Shown here: positions 11,864 through 24,616 of the stretch, one piece after another
How positions within the stretch are numbered: the first letter of the stretch is position 1
Layout: each line of letters opens with the position of its first letter
Source of the DNA: Eledone cirrhosa
Lineage: Eukaryota
DNA length: 64,000 nt
Reading direction: 5' to 3'
NCBI GenBank assembly: GCA_964016885.1
Contig: OZ024745.1
Coordinates: forward strand, 97,774,001-97,838,000
Notes under the pieces: model-generated
What the model saw: only the letters and a program-made list of their open reading frames with translations
What the model was told of the DNA's origin: nothing
Databases searched by the model: none
Made by a program: the position numbers and the translations under genes

Positions 11864-12221
11864 TTTAGGCGGAATATAATTGAATATAATATACTGGCAC
11901 ATGGTCAAACAAGGAAGAAGGAACATACCTCAAAATTATGTTATATGAACATTTTAATTAGAGCAATTAAATAATATAGTTAAATACATCAGTGCTCCTA
12001 GGTTGGGTAATTTTCAATCATCATATTATGCCGCGACCGCATGGTGTGATATCGCTGTTTGGGTCGCTGCGTGGAAACACGTCTCTTCCCTTCAAGGTAT
12101 CACCGTTTAAGAGTTATTGTTTCAGTTACTGATGTCAGAACGTGACGTCAGAACTAAGGGCAGTTTTTTTTTCTTAATCGACTGCCTCCAAAGTCGACGC
12201 TAGATGGCGTGATCTTCTACA
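11864..12221 (-). repeat. 3' LTR (358 bp)
   Basis: Direct repeat of 16765-17098; preceded on the minus strand by purine-rich GGTGGGAGACCA. Confidence 0.9.
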
Positions 12222-12486
12222 TGGTCTCCCACCAGATTTTTCGAAAAGTAAATAAAAATCGGTTCATCGAATCATGTATGTAGAAAAACCGATTAGCAAT
12301 CAGCAAAAACCCCAAACCAAGGAGCAATCAGCCCAACCGAGCATGAAGGGCACAACAAATTTCAAAAATACATATTAAACAAGCATGCAAGAACGTGAAA
12401 GGAAAAACAAATGTAATAAAATGTAAATACAATTTCCTAAAAGTTCCAATAGTCACTACAGGATTAAAGCACCGCACAATAGCAGT

Positions 12487-13722
12487 TTAAAAATATACCG
12501 TGCTACACAGTTTTTTGGGCCAATGAACCCTCCGACCGGAACGGATCGTAGTCTTATATCTTGGTGATGGGGAGGACGAAGAAGCAGGTGTGTATGCGAA
12601 AGAAAAAGACGGGGGCGTTTGTGGCTCAGGTGCGATAGCATCTGTGTCCAAATGTGCTCGTTTGAGTCTATCAATCGAAACCGTCTCTCTGGAACCCTTA
12701 ATGTCTACAGTAAAATGTTTCTCTGAACGAGCTAATACACGGTAGGGTCCAGAGTACGGTTGTGTGAGAGGTGGTTTCACGGCATCGTTTCTCACAAACA
12801 CATGGGTCCACGAGGCAATATCCCTCGGGACTGGAAATTTTACAGTTTGCTTCCGCGTATCCATCGGCGGCAGGTCCTGAAAATAAGAACGCAGACGAGA
12901 CACGTAGGAAAGCGGATCTTGTTCAGCAAGATCGACAGGGGCAAGCATTTGCCCAGGTAACGCTAGAGGAGCACCATATAACAATTCGGCCGGGGAGAAC
13001 CCAAGGTCCTCCTTTATTGTTGACCGAATCCCCAACAACACAATAGGCAGGTACTCGCTCCAACGCGTAGAGTCAGGAGAAGTTAGTAGAGCGGCTTTCA
13101 GTTGTCGGTGGAAGCGCTCTACCATTCCATTAGAGGCAGGATGATATCCAGCCGTTCGGATGCGTTTAGCGCCGATGATCTTTATCAATTCATGGAAGAG
13201 GTTCGATTCAAACTGCCTTCCACGGTCCGTGGTAATTGACGTTGGTACTTCATATCGAGCGATCCATCCAGACACAAGGACACGCGCTGTCGTCTCAGCA
13301 GTGATATCCCTCAAGGGGATGGCTTCAGGCCATCGCGAAAAACGATCGATTACAGTCAATAAGTAATTGTAACCACCGCTGATGGGCCAAGGTCCCACGA
13401 TGTCCATGTGAATGTGGCGAAACCGGGCGTCCGGGTTACTAAAAGTACCTAGAGGAGTCTTAACATGCCTGTGAAATTTCGATTTCTGGCAAGCAACACA
13501 GGAACGGCACCAGACAGTAATTTCACGTCTCATATTTGGCCAGAAGAATCTAGCCGTTATGAGTTTTACAGTGGCAGAAGATCCAGGATGTGAAATGCCG
13601 TGTAAATTAAGAAACACAGTTCGACGATGGCTCAACGGAAAAAAGGGCGTGGCGCATCCAAAGCGACGTCGCAGAGGATCCGTCCGTCTGCGGTCGATAA
13701 TGGTAGGTATTTCATCCTGCAA
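12487..13722 (-). CDS. Gypsy integrase (open fragment of pol)
   Basis: HHCC ([15 protein letters not shown]), DDE core ([29 protein letters not shown]), GPY module (YSGPYRV). Confidence 0.92.
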   Translation of the reverse strand: MQDEIPTIIDRRRTDPLRRRFGCATPFFPLSHRRTVFLNLHGISHPGSSATVKLITARFFWPNMRREITVWCRSCVACQKSKFHRHVKTPLGTFSNPDARFRHIHMDIVGPWPISGGYNYLLTVIDRFSRWPEAIPLRDITAETTARVLVSGWIARYEVPTSITTDRGRQFESNLFHELIKIIGAKRIRTAGYHPASNGMVERFHRQLKAALLTSPDSTRWSEYLPIVLLGIRSTIKEDLGFSPAELLYGAPLALPGQMLAPVDLAEQDPLSYVSRLRSYFQDLPPMDTRKQTVKFPVPRDIASWTHVFVRNDAVKPPLTQPYSGPYRVLARSEKHFTVDIKGSRETVSIDRLKRAHLDTDAIAPEPQTPPSFSFAYTPASSSSPSPRYKTTIRSGRRVHWPKKLCSTVYF

Positions 13723-15326
13723 TTCACAAATTCAGGTGATGTAACATCCAACGATTCGAGGGTAGGCTGATCGGCTGCCAAGCGATTCAAATCTATGTCA
13801 TCGGACGACGAGATCGAAGAAATCGGCAAACGAGACAGGGCGTCGGTCGCTGTATTAATATAACCCGGAATATGTTGAATATCATTTGTAAACTGAGAGA
13901 TGAGGTCAAGATGTCTAGTTTCTCTAGGCGAGTATTTGTCTGCCTTTGCTTGCGGCTTGCGGTCCGTGAAGATGGTAAACGTTCTTCCCTCAAGCATGTG
14001 CGAAAAATGCTTCACTGATAAATATATTGCTAGCAACTCCCGTGCAAAGGTGCTGTAGCGCGTTTCGGCAGGTTTCAGCTTCCTGGAGAAAAATTTCAAC
14101 GGTTGCTGTAGATCGTTCCTACTTTGTTGCAAAACTGCGCCCACGGCAATATCCGACGCATCAACACAAAGCGAAAGCTTAGCATTGGACACTGGGTGAG
14201 CCAGCAAAGATGCATTGGCTAGAGCAATTTCCGTATTCTCAAAATCCTGGAGCTGAGTTTCATTCAAAGAAATGTCTTTATTTTTCTTTCGGCAATTTTT
14301 CAAAATTTCCGTCAAAGAGAAGAGTAGCTTAGCACAATTAGGCACAAACCGCCTATAAAAATTAATCAGCCCCCAAAATTGGCGCAACTGACGAAGTGAG
14401 GCTGGTGGAGGCAAATCCTCTATAGCTTTAACTCTCTCAGGAATAGGTCGAATACCGTCAGCGTCAATGACGTGACTCAAAAAATTCAAAGATTCGGAAC
14501 CAAAAACACATTTTGATGGATTAATCCGAACATTGTAATCCTTCAAACGACAAAATAGAAGTTCCAGATGGCGCAAATGTTGCTCTGGAGAAGAGCTAGC
14601 AACAAGAAGGTCATCAATGTATGTGTTTACAAAGTCGAGGCCGCGAGTGACCTCATCCATAAATCGCTGGAAGGTGCTAGCAGCATTCCTTAACCCGAAA
14701 GGCATGGTGAGAAATTCGAAAGATCGAAATGGCGTAGTTATAGCCGTTTTCGGGATGTCGTCTCTGTTGACAGGAATTTGGTTATAGGATCGTATCAAAT
14801 CGAGTTTCGAAAAAATGTTGCAACCTTGCAACGAGGATGCAAAATCCTGCAAATGAGGGATAGGATACCGATCCGGTACGGTCATCGAGTTCAATCTTCT
14901 ATAATATCCAGTGGGTCTCCAATCGCCAGAAGATTTTGGCACCATATGTAATGGAGATGCCCACGGGCTCGTGGAAGGACGAATAATTCCGAGCTGTAGC
15001 ATATGATCGAACTCGGACCGTGTTGCTTTCAGTTTGTCCGCTGGCAATCGACGGGGACACGAAAAACCCGGAGCGCCAGTTGTAGTAATAAAATGCTCCG
15101 TACCGTGGCCTGGATCAGTGACTCTAACATTTTCATGAGTCAATTGCGGGAACGATTTCAACAATCCATGATATGAGTTTCCGGAGTTAGCAATGAAGAA
15201 AGTCGGGCTAACTGTAGAAAATTCCGCCGTCCTGCCACGAAGAGAAAAAACAGTAATATCGTTGACTAGGCGTTGGTGACGAACATCCACCGTCAAAGAA
15301 AAATGGTGCAGGAAGTCCGCGCCCAA
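13632..15326 (-). CDS. Gypsy RT-RNase H (open fragment of pol)
   Basis: [56 protein letters not shown]. Confidence 0.93.
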   Translation of the reverse strand: MGADFLHHFSLTVDVRHQRLVNDITVFSLRGRTAEFSTVSPTFFIANSGNSYHGLLKSFPQLTHENVRVTDPGHGTEHFITTTGAPGFSCPRRLPADKLKATRSEFDHMLQLGIIRPSTSPWASPLHMVPKSSGDWRPTGYYRRLNSMTVPDRYPIPHLQDFASSLQGCNIFSKLDLIRSYNQIPVNRDDIPKTAITTPFRSFEFLTMPFGLRNAASTFQRFMDEVTRGLDFVNTYIDDLLVASSSPEQHLRHLELLFCRLKDYNVRINPSKCVFGSESLNFLSHVIDADGIRPIPERVKAIEDLPPPASLRQLRQFWGLINFYRRFVPNCAKLLFSLTEILKNCRKKNKDISLNETQLQDFENTEIALANASLLAHPVSNAKLSLCVDASDIAVGAVLQQSRNDLQQPLKFFSRKLKPAETRYSTFARELLAIYLSVKHFSHMLEGRTFTIFTDRKPQAKADKYSPRETRHLDLISQFTNDIQHIPGYINTATDALSRLPISSISSSDDIDLNRLAADQPTLESLDVTSPEFVNCRMKYLPLSTADGRILCDVALDAPRPFFR

Positions 15327-15577
15327 AATGGCAGATCAGCAACAGTGAAAACCCATTTGAAATCCCGACGAAGATTTCGGAACTGAAGAGGAAGCGAGAT
15401 CTGTCCAAAAGTTCTGATTGCTGATGGTTGACAGCTTGCAATTCAATCGACGACTCAGGAGGAGTTACTGTCATAGTATTAACAGGCCAAATACTGCACG
15501 AAGCTCTGGAAGGCTCTTCCAGACAGGAGGTCCTCTATGGCGGTTCCGTTTTGTCTCGCAGATTTCACTTGCCGCTT

Positions 15578-16328
15578 TTAGTGACTCTGATCCACATTTC
15601 CCGAGGCCGAATAATTACACGGAGACCGGCAATGATTTGCCTTATCCGCGAAGGTGGCATGATACCAGCACAATAATGGGTTGCTGGCGGGCGAAGTAGT
15701 ACGCCGACGTGGAGTCGCGAAAGAACGCGAACGACTCCTAGGCCGCCGGGAATACGGCTTATTTTCCCTGCATAATCGAGCGACTTGCTGCGTCAAAGCG
15801 TCAATAGCCTTCAACATGGCATCCTCGCGTGTCGAGACGGGCTGGTTCAAATGAGAGGAAACAATACGCGAGTCCGAGGCGGTAGCCTTTTTAGAAAATT
15901 CCACGATTCGATCCGCGGAGGCAGCAATTTGCTCCAAAGAGCTGGTGTCCACTATATTTGCCAAAATAATTTGGACGTTGTTTGGCAGGCGAGAGACAAA
16001 TAATTTTTTTTATAAAGGAATTATCCCGTTCGGGCGATTCACTGAGGTCCCTAATGTGGCGCAAAAATTCGGACGGCGACCTGTCGCCTAGACACTCGTC
16101 CTCCAACAATGAACGAAATCTGTTCCTTCTAAGAATTTCTTCCCGCAACGAATCATAGGAAATACCGGCCGACGGGTTCGTAATCAAATCTTTCACTGTT
16201 ATAGCGAGTGAAGAAGGAATACCACTTATTAAAAAGTTGAGCTTCTGCTCGGTTTTCACTTCGTTGGCAGCGAAATAAGCGTTGAGCTGTGCAAACCAGA
16301 GCTTAGTATCACCCGAGAACGCAGGCAA
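15578..16328 (-). pseudogene. Gypsy gag (frameshifted)
   Basis: PAF..KLWFAQL N-terminus, LGDRSPSEFLRH, C-terminal CWYHATFADKANHCRSPC (CX2HX9CX3C). Confidence 0.88.
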
Positions 16329-16745
16329 ACCAGACCACTCATCGTCAATCTATTTACACATGGACGAATAAAAGTAAGTTATGTTCAGAACTACGGAAAA
16401 CAGCACAATTTTCCCTCAACATCCATAAAGTTGCCGCAAGCAAAAGAAATTCAGTCACAGTACAAGAAATAGCAGCGAAAGTCCGAAGGGTGGTAACTGT
16501 GATTCGAGATAGTCATTATGAAACAAGATGGCGTCGCATTTCTTTTCCAAAACAAAGATATGGTCGCGTGACGAGGCTAAGCCCATCAGATGGCTGCATT
16601 TGAAGAAGAAAGACAATTTACGCGAATGTTGGTTTGTCAGTCAGCCATTGTGAAACAGATTTTTTTTTTTTTTTTTTTTTGTATTAGACGAACAATTTTC
16701 AATTTAAAACGAATGGCGAAATTAAGTAGGCACGTTTTCATACTT

Positions 16746-16763
16746 AATCGTCGAAGGTCACCA
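16746..16763 (-). other. Primer-binding site, tRNA-Trp-like
   Basis: TGGTGACCTTCGACGATT directly after the 5' LTR; resembles the complement of the tRNA-Trp 3' end (TGGTGACCCCGACG). Confidence 0.7.
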
Positions 16764-16764
16764 C

Positions 16765-17098
16765 TTTAGGCGGAACGGTCAGACATCCCGTCTAATTGAA
16801 TATAATATACTCGCACATGGTCAAACCAGGAAGAAATGTGTTATATGAACATTTTAATTAGAGCAATTAAATAATATAGTTAAATACATCAGTGCTCCTA
16901 GGTTGGGTAATTTTCAATCATCATATTATGCCGCGACCGCATGGTGTGATATCGTTGTTAGGGTCGCTGCGTGGAAACACGTCTCTTCACTTCAAGGTAT
17001 CACCGTTTAAGAGTTATTGTTTTAGCTACTGACGTCAGAACTAAGGGCAGTTAACCGACTGCCTCCAAAGTCGACGCTAGATGGCATGATCTTCTACA
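16765..17098 (-). repeat. 5' LTR (334 bp)
   Basis: Minus strand TGTAGAAG...CCTAAA; direct repeat of 11864-12221. Confidence 0.9.
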
Positions 17099-17163
17099 CA
17101 TACACACATATATACATTCATACACATTCATACATGTATATATAATATATATACACATACAGT

Positions 17164-17570
17164 ATATAGAGGGGAAAGACACAGAAGAGTGTGTTTTTCT
17201 TTACAGGAATTTCAAACCACCAGCATGAGGAGTAGTGCGGACAATATCGGTCTCTTCACATGCTGATGACCCACAGGGCCGAATTGGAACACTCTTAAAT
17301 GGCGAAACAATCTCCTGGTGAGTTTATACATGTGTGATCTAGGTATGAGGTTGGCTTCTCATTTTAATTTATACTTTTAATTTTAATGTTTTTCCTATGC
17401 TTATTTTTCCTATTAGCTTATATTCTCTTCACTCTGGTGGTTTGAAATTCCTGTAAAGAAAAACACACTCTTCTGTGTCTTTCCTCTCTATATATTGTAT
17501 TAGAAAGTGCCCAAGAAAACTCTTTCCTTTGAGCTCATTTAATTACAGGATTATACGCGAGTCCTATATA
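17164..17570 (+). mobile_element. Non-coding fold-back PLE derivative
   Basis: 60-bp inverted arms 17164-17223 / 17433-17494 enclosing a hammerhead. Confidence 0.6.
17257..17334 (+). ncRNA. Type I hammerhead ribozyme, partly degenerate
   Basis: CACATG-CTGATGA-...-GAA-ACAATCTC(ctggt)GAGTTTAT-A-CATGTG; two mismatches in stem III, weak stem II. Confidence 0.6.
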
Positions 17571-17605
17571 CATATGTACAAATAGACGTTTGTATGTATA
17601 ACTCT

Positions 17606-17699
<94 letters not shown>

Positions 17700-17704
<5 letters not shown>

Positions 17705-18332
17705 AAGAGAGGTGAACACTAATATAAGCATACATGTGTTCGAATTTGTAAGGACTAGTTTTGCTAGGGTGAAAAATACTAACTACAGCAATATGCTTTG
17801 TCAGACTTAATTTTAAGTAGTACATTAAGAAAAATAATAGACCTATATTGGGCAAAATGCCTGGTGACAAATAGACTGTTTTGGGAACTGTTTAGCGGCA
17901 TGGGATTTCGAGTCAAGCTGGGTTCCGAAGACACGTGGTATAAATCTTATAGCACAATTTTTAGTCTTCTAATATTTTTAGAAGTGAAAGGATCGCTAAT
18001 TTCTCAACAACTACTGAGGAGCAGGGAAAAGTGTGGACTTCACTTAATAAGATGCTGCGAAACAGTTCCCCAAACTGTCTAGTTGTTACCAGGGATTTTG
18101 TCAAATATCGGTCTGTTATTTTTCTTAATTTACTACTTAAAATTAAGTCTGACAAACCATATTGCTGTAGTTAGTATTTTTTCACCCTAGCAAAACTAGT
18201 CCTCACGATTCGAACACATGCATGTTTATATTAGTGTTCACCTCTCTTGTTTATTCATTTATATTACACGGCTCGGAAAGGCTTGTTTCTGAGAGCTATT
18301 TAATTGTAAGAGACTACTCTGAGTTTCTAACT

Positions 18333-18335
<3 letters not shown>
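17700..18335 (+). mobile_element. Non-coding fold-back PLE derivative between (TA)n tracts
   Basis: ~200-bp diverged inverted arms 17700-17900 / 18051-18253; hammerhead at 18006-18087. Confidence 0.7.
18006..18087 (+). ncRNA. Canonical type I hammerhead ribozyme
   Basis: AACAACTA-CTGAGGA-GCAG..CTGC-GAA-ACAGTT(cccca)AACTGT-C-TAGTTGTT; three perfect stems, GUC cleavage site. Confidence 0.9.
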
Positions 18336-18397
<62 letters not shown>

Positions 18398-18400
<3 letters not shown>

Positions 18401-19127
18401 ATCCGAAGGCATGGTATAAATTTCCAATCATTTTAATCACGACACATGTTTCAATAAGAGATAGATCGATCGTGTAGCCATGATCGATTATCACTGATCT
18501 CGTCAGGTGAAAATGAATTGTCTTCAAATCCTTGATATGAGACAGAAAATTAACGATGTTCACTCACAGAGTTTAGTCCCTCATATGAAGATCAAGAAGT
18601 CAAAACACGGCGACTGCTATCGTCCTCTGTTAGGGTCATAAAACTATCAAGTCTCTATCTCTCAATAGCTGTAAAAGACGCTGGACATCAAATCTGTAGA
18701 ATTACAGTCGGTCACAGTTAATGTGAGTGGGTACACACACACTCACACACACCAACGCGAGGTCAAAGAAAAAATATAAATATACCAACATAGTATTCAC
18801 CGAAAGTTTGTTTACAAAACAGCAAATGTTATATTGGTCAAATCTCAATTTGACGATGTAAATTGGAAAAATTGGGTCAACCGCAACCCTATACACACGC
18901 AAGTAAGTTCAGTTCAATGTTCTGCTATACGTGTATAGATTGAATTGTAACATCCGTATCTCCAAATAGTGTATGTTTTGGTATATACAAATCCATGTGA
19001 AGATCAAGTAATCAGCTCATATCGAAATCAGTATGTGCCGTTGTCCCATTGAGAATCTGAGTCCCCAAATCTCTGCGTGCAAGCAACCGCTATGTAGGCT
19101 ACCAAGGGGTTCTGTGTAGGGTTGGGT
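18398..19127 (-). mobile_element. Decayed PLE 3' remnant
   Basis: Hammerhead near its 3' end followed by (TA)n; coding similarity weak. Confidence 0.55.
18437..18510 (-). ncRNA. Type I hammerhead ribozyme
   Basis: Minus strand TCAC-CTGACGA-[..ATCGATC../..GATCGAT..]-GAAAC-ATGT-GTC-GTGA. Confidence 0.75.
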
Positions 19128-19228
19128 ATAGGGGGAGGCGTTACGCAGGGATTGTACACACCCCGAAAAAATGTACAACCCTCACCAAGAATGAGTACTC
19201 CCTTCCTCTCTTCCTCTTTTTCCTCAAC

Positions 19229-22200
19229 CTACAGGCTTATATAGAGAGAAGGCCCAACCACTCGGGCCATCTTTGCCACATTCACCCACCTTTTATAAAA
19301 TTTGCTGGGGTACAGCACCTCTCTCTCCATCCTGATTCTTCTTCCAAAATGATATTTGAAAAAACGAATCAGTTGTTCGCCGGAGAGAAAGGAGTCCGAC
19401 CTCAGCCCTTTTAACCTCGTCCACCATTTAACCTCTTCCACCATAGCCATAACACATAAGAAAACAGCCTCTCCTTCGTTTTTGAAGGAAGGTGGCGGTT
19501 TGATCATGACAATGGACTCGGTGGTCAACTGGATTGGTCCCACCCGCGACAATAGTCGTTCTACATAGCCCCACAGGTCGGTAACGCCCAGGCAGTGTAC
19601 AAATGCTTGCACGACAGTTTCCTCGTCGCGCACGCATCTCGGACAGATCTTTTTCGAAGGGTCCCTGCCCACGCGCCCGTGTCTGTAGAGTTTGTCTCGA
19701 ACTGGTAGAGCTCCTCGGTAGCACTGCCAGGCCAGGGACTTTTGGAAGTTGTCCATCGGTCCCGGGCGGAAGGTCCTACCGAACAGACTGGCCAGTTCGT
19801 CCTCCTCTACGCCTAGAGTTTCTCTGAGCGCGTCGTCGCACTTGCTGCGGACCAACCCTCTATAGAATGACGAAGTGGAATCTCCACTGATCGCCGGGTT
19901 TGTTTGCCAGAGGACTGTGAGCGCCTGAGCACATTCGATGTGCCAGTCGCCCATTTTCCTCGGTCTTTGCTTGACCCAGGACTGCAGCTCGGTCAGTGAG
20001 ACGAGTCGTGGGAAGGCTCGCCTCACGAACGGGGCCCACACCGGTTGTCCGGTGAGGAATACGTGGAGGTGCCGCAGCCTGAGCGCGTGTTTGCGCATTG
20101 TCAGCCACGGTTTCCCCAGCCCTCCGTTTGAAGGGTGTTGGCAGCAGATGGATCTTCTCACCAAAGGAGCCCGTTTCTTCCAAAGGAATTGGAAGAGCGC
20201 GCGCTCCATTTTGGTGAGCGTTTTGGCTGGACAAGGCACGACGGCCAAGCGGTAGTAGATGACGGACGCTATAAAAGTGTTCGCTACCTCCGCTCGACCT
20301 TTCAAGGATAGTTTGCACTCGGCCCACTTCTGGGTGAGCGCAAACACCTTGGCGTCACCTCGTTCCAGTTCTTCTCCACCTGGAGGTCCGGACCAAACCA
20401 GACCCCGAGCAGCTTTACCGGTCCTTCCGCCCAGCGTCCGATGACGCCATCGGAGGTATCGGTTTGCCTCTCCACGTTCCGAGTTGCAAACCGTCGGATT
20501 TGTCCCGGTTCAGCTTCGCTCCTGTGAACCTTTCGTATTCCTTTAGTAAGGTGCCGACCTCCCCGATTTGCGAGGTGCTCGACACCATTACTGTCATGTC
20601 GTCGGCGTAGGCCGACGCCGCTTTCCGCAGTGCCGGTTCCAAAGGGATGCCCTGCAATAGCTCCAACTTCTGCAGAATCAGTGCGTACAGAAGGGAGGAG
20701 AGAGGGCATCCCTGTCGGATAGATCGCGTGATATGGAACGGCTCCGAGTGTTAGCTGTTCACCTTGACCCTTGAGCAGATGTTGCTGCTGTGTATTGCAG
20801 CAATTCAGCCCCTGAACACGGGTCCGAATCCTGCCGCCTCAAGCCCCGCATCCAGGTAACGATGGTCCCATCGAAAGCCTTAGACTGATCTAAGTGGATC
20901 AGGGCCCCACCGAAGCCGGGTTTACACCCTACCCTCTCTATGATGTATCGCATGAGGTGGAGGTTGTCGTGTATGGACCTGGTCGGGATTGCGCATGCCT
21001 GCGCTTCTCCCACCAGGTTTTCGACGACAAGCGCCAGCTTCTTTGCCAACACCTTGGCCAAAATCTCTAACTCTGTGTTTAGCAGAGTTATGGGCCGGAA
21101 GTTGGCTTTGTCATCCCCCTTGTTCTCGTCATTCCTGACTAACGTGACTACGCCCTTGGTTAGAGAACTGGGAATTCTCCCGTTCTGCTGCTAGTTGCAG
21201 TAGACCGCTTCCAGGAGACCGGAGAACAAGTCCGGCATTGCTACGTAAAATTCGTAGGGTAGACCTTCGAGACCTGGAGATTTGCGTTTGCCGCATTGGC
21301 TCAGCGCGTCTCCTATCTCAGCGGCTGAAATCGGCCTTTCGCAGAACTTCGCCTCGCTGTCCGAGAGTCGCGGCAGGCCTTCGAGGTATGGAGCGAAATC
21401 CATAGCCCTTCCTGGCGCGTCGCCCTGCCTGAACAGTTGAGCAAAGTGCCGCTGAAAAGCCGCGCACATCTGCTTCGGCTCACGTATCACGCGTCCGTCT
21501 TGGTCCTTCAAAGACCGAATCGTGGACTTGTTGCCACTTTTCGCCTCCGTCACTCGGGCCCAGCTAACAGCTTTGGCTCCTTCATTTCCCAGACCACGTA
21601 TTTTGTTCCTGACAGCGCAGCCTTCATGCTTCGCGTCGAAGAACTGGTCCAAGGTCGTTCTCGTCGCTAGCACGCTGGCTACGTTGCCACTCCTTAGTGC
21701 CTCTTCTACTTTATCTACCAGTTCCTTTTCGGTCTTATTTCTATCTAACACTAATTCTTTACTAAAACCTATCGAGTCTAATCTAACTGCCCTCTTGAGA
21801 AAGTACCACCATCTGTTGTTGATAATGGCCCCCGTCAAGTGCTGCTTAACTAAAGTGCTAATCCGTCTACTATAGGCTTTGCATGTCGGTAACGACAAGT
21901 TCAGCTTCCAGTAGCCGGGTCCCTGTCTATGGGTTCTGTCAAGGTTGACTAAGCATGTCACTAGTTTGTGATCTGAATAGGCAACCATGAACATTTATGG
22001 ACAGCTTAACATGTCCATAAGGTACGATCTAGATGTTCCGCTGTGGTTGGTCCACGTTCACACTGGCACAGTTGGAAAATCTAGTCGGTATCTATCGGCC
22101 AGTTGAAATCGGCCGATTAACCGTTTGAGGCTGTTTTAACCCCCCCCCCCCTCTATCGGGACATGCTCCCACATAGTCTCAACGTGCATCTAGGATTTCA

Positions 22201-22621
22201 TTCCAGTCCCCAGTAACAGCAGGGAGCGGGACGTTCCCAGAAAAGTCTCTAGACGTTTGAAGAAGTCTGGCCGCGGTGTCCCGGATGGGGCATATGCGGT
22301 CACCAGTTGAAGGCTCCACCTTCACTACCGTCAACGTCTCGGACCACCAGTCGGCCCTCCGAGTCCAGATGTACCGTCTGTGTTACGAGGTCCAGGTTTT
22401 TTCCGCAGCAAAACGGCAACCGTAACCTCACCTCCCGGCTGACAGAGAGATGCATAGATCTCAAAGTCGTCGAAGATGGGGGCCAGTTGTCGCTCGCTGT
22501 GGATCCTGGACTCGCAAATGGCTACTACATCCATACTGTGCGACCTGAGGTCGTTTAAGAGTTTGCCCTGTTTCCAGGGCATCCCCAGGCCGCGTACACA
22601 TCCAACTCTTATATTGGCCAT
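19229..22621 (-). pseudogene. Tx1/L1 ORF2 (endonuclease-RT-zinc finger), multiple frameshifts
   Basis: Collinear ORF pieces 22331-22621, 21191-21994, 20759-21061, 20415-20666 and 19229-20347. Confidence 0.9.
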
Positions 22622-22639
22622 GTTGGTGCTGAAAAGTTA

Positions 22640-24616
22640 AAAGAAGAGGAAAAGAAATCATTCACCTCTTCGTCTCCTGGGGACCAGGCTGCATAATTTA
22701 CATGGGGGTGTTGGAGGGGTTGTTTGGTGGGGAAGTGGCCTCTGGCGGGGTGGGGACGGAGATGTTTGGTGGGGAGGGGGTGTCTGGTGGGATGGGTGTG
22801 ACTGGGCTGGGGGTGCTTGTGGTGGGGAGACCTTTGAAGAGGACGCGGTTGATTGGTTTCACGCAGGAATTCCCACGTGCTCTTCAAATGTTTCTTTTAG
22901 GGTCCTATAAGTTCCTATAGGGACCCTGATCAGTTTTAGGTTCGTTTTTTTGTTTTTGTTGGAGCTATCCAAAGTTTTCCCTTCGGTTTTGACCAAAGGG
23001 TTGTTTTTGATGGTCTTCAACAGTGTTCTATTTTATTCGTTTATGTAAGTGTATGTGTACTTTTCCTGTGTTGTGTTTGTTTTTGTCTGTGGTTCCTGCG
23101 TGTGTTTTCTCTTTGTTGTGGGTGTTTTGTTTTCGGGAGGGGAAATTTTGTTTGTGATTTTTGTGCTGTTTGTGCTGGTATTTTTGTGTTTGTTTCGTTT
23201 TTGTTCATGCGGTGATTTCTTTTTTTTTTCTTTTCACGGGTTGGAAGGGTTCCTCCTCATCGCCGCTGGGTGCCGTCGATAGAGGTTCCTCATCCGTGTT
23301 GATGGGTAGGAGTATGTTTTGGGGTTCTGTTGAGTCTGTGTGTGCTTTTGTATTTGTTTTGGGTGGGAGGGGTTGGGTGGGATAGTGTTCTGTGTTGTTT
23401 TTTGTTGTTTTTGTTGTTGTGGTGGCAATGGTGGTGGTTGTGTTGTTATTTGTGATGTCGGCAAAAGTGGTTTTCTTTTTGTCAATTGAGGACAGGCAGT
23501 CCTTAGGTGATCTCTGCTTGCGCAGTGGTAACATGCGGACCGCCTACCCTCAACCGAAATGTTTTTGTAGGTCTGTCCATCCAGAGGTACTCTTTGTGGG
23601 ATTTTCATTATACGTTCTGGGCTCATCTGCACCAGAATTTCGACGCTAGTCCCACTAAATATATCTCTGGAGGATTTTCCTACTGAGATCAAAATGTCTT
23701 GTTCAAAGTCAATTAGGCCATAAAGTATCCACCAAATATTTACTTTGGGTCTTATGCATGTAATTTTTATTTTTTGCGTCCTTTTTCCCATGTATGTAGG
23801 AAAAAAAAGAAAATGGGTGGACACAATGGGCGCGATGGAATATTTTTGTGCTGTTATGTTATCTTTCATCAGCACCGAGATGCTGCCGAAAAGTTTGGCT
23901 TTCTGAATGAATAAAATGTTATCCATGTGGTTCCTTAAAACCAGCTCAATCTCACTCTGAGATAGTTGAGCTGGTTTTTTTTTATGCATTTGAGATTGTC
24001 CTGAAAACCACCGTGTTCAAGGCATTCTCTCTCCATAGTTCTTGTGGTGAATTTATGCTAAATGACCCATTGGGTCCAAAAGTCATATATTGTTTAGCTT
24101 CTTCCAACTTTTGTTTCGCGTTGGTTAAATCCCAAAGTTGAAATATTTCTTTTTTTTTTTTACAGTATCAGCAAAAGAAATTTTGCTGTTGTTGTCTTTC
24201 TTGTTGTTGTTGTCACTGTTATTTGTATTTTCTTTGGTGTTTGTGTTGGTGTTTGTGTTGACATTTTTTTTCTTTTGATTGGTGTTGTTGGATGTGTTTT
24301 CAATTTTTTCATTTTCTGTATTTTTTGGTGTCTGTTGTCGGCTGTTATTTTCATTTTTTGTTGTGTGAATTTCCATTTCTTTACGAAACGAAGAATTTGC
24401 TACATATATTTCCTTCTGTGTGTGGATACATGTGACGTTTGTGACGTCAGGCGTGTTCAGTTGCCTACAAACAGCTGAAGCTTGTTCCTCTTCTAAATGT
24501 TGAGGTGATGATGTTGGCATTCCTTTGTCCATGTCTGCTACTACCTGCTGGTCAAGTGGGCATGGCTTTCCCTTCCCATCTTCTTGTTTTGACAAAGAAG
24601 CAGGTGCTTCGGACAT
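22640..24616 (-). pseudogene. Tx1/L1 ORF1 (gag-like), frameshifted
   Basis: CYHCASRDHLRTAC (CX2CX4HX4C) in 23234-23989; SFADTVK motif; low-complexity N/T/K linkers. Confidence 0.8.

Larger units (their letters stand above)
11864..17098 (-). mobile_element. Ty3/Gypsy LTR retrotransposon, CsRn1-like clade, full-length but decayed
   Basis: Two LTRs, 4-bp TSD CATA (11860-63 / 17099-102), tRNA-Trp-like PBS, PPT, gag with CHCC motif, order PR-RT-RH-IN. Confidence 0.93.
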
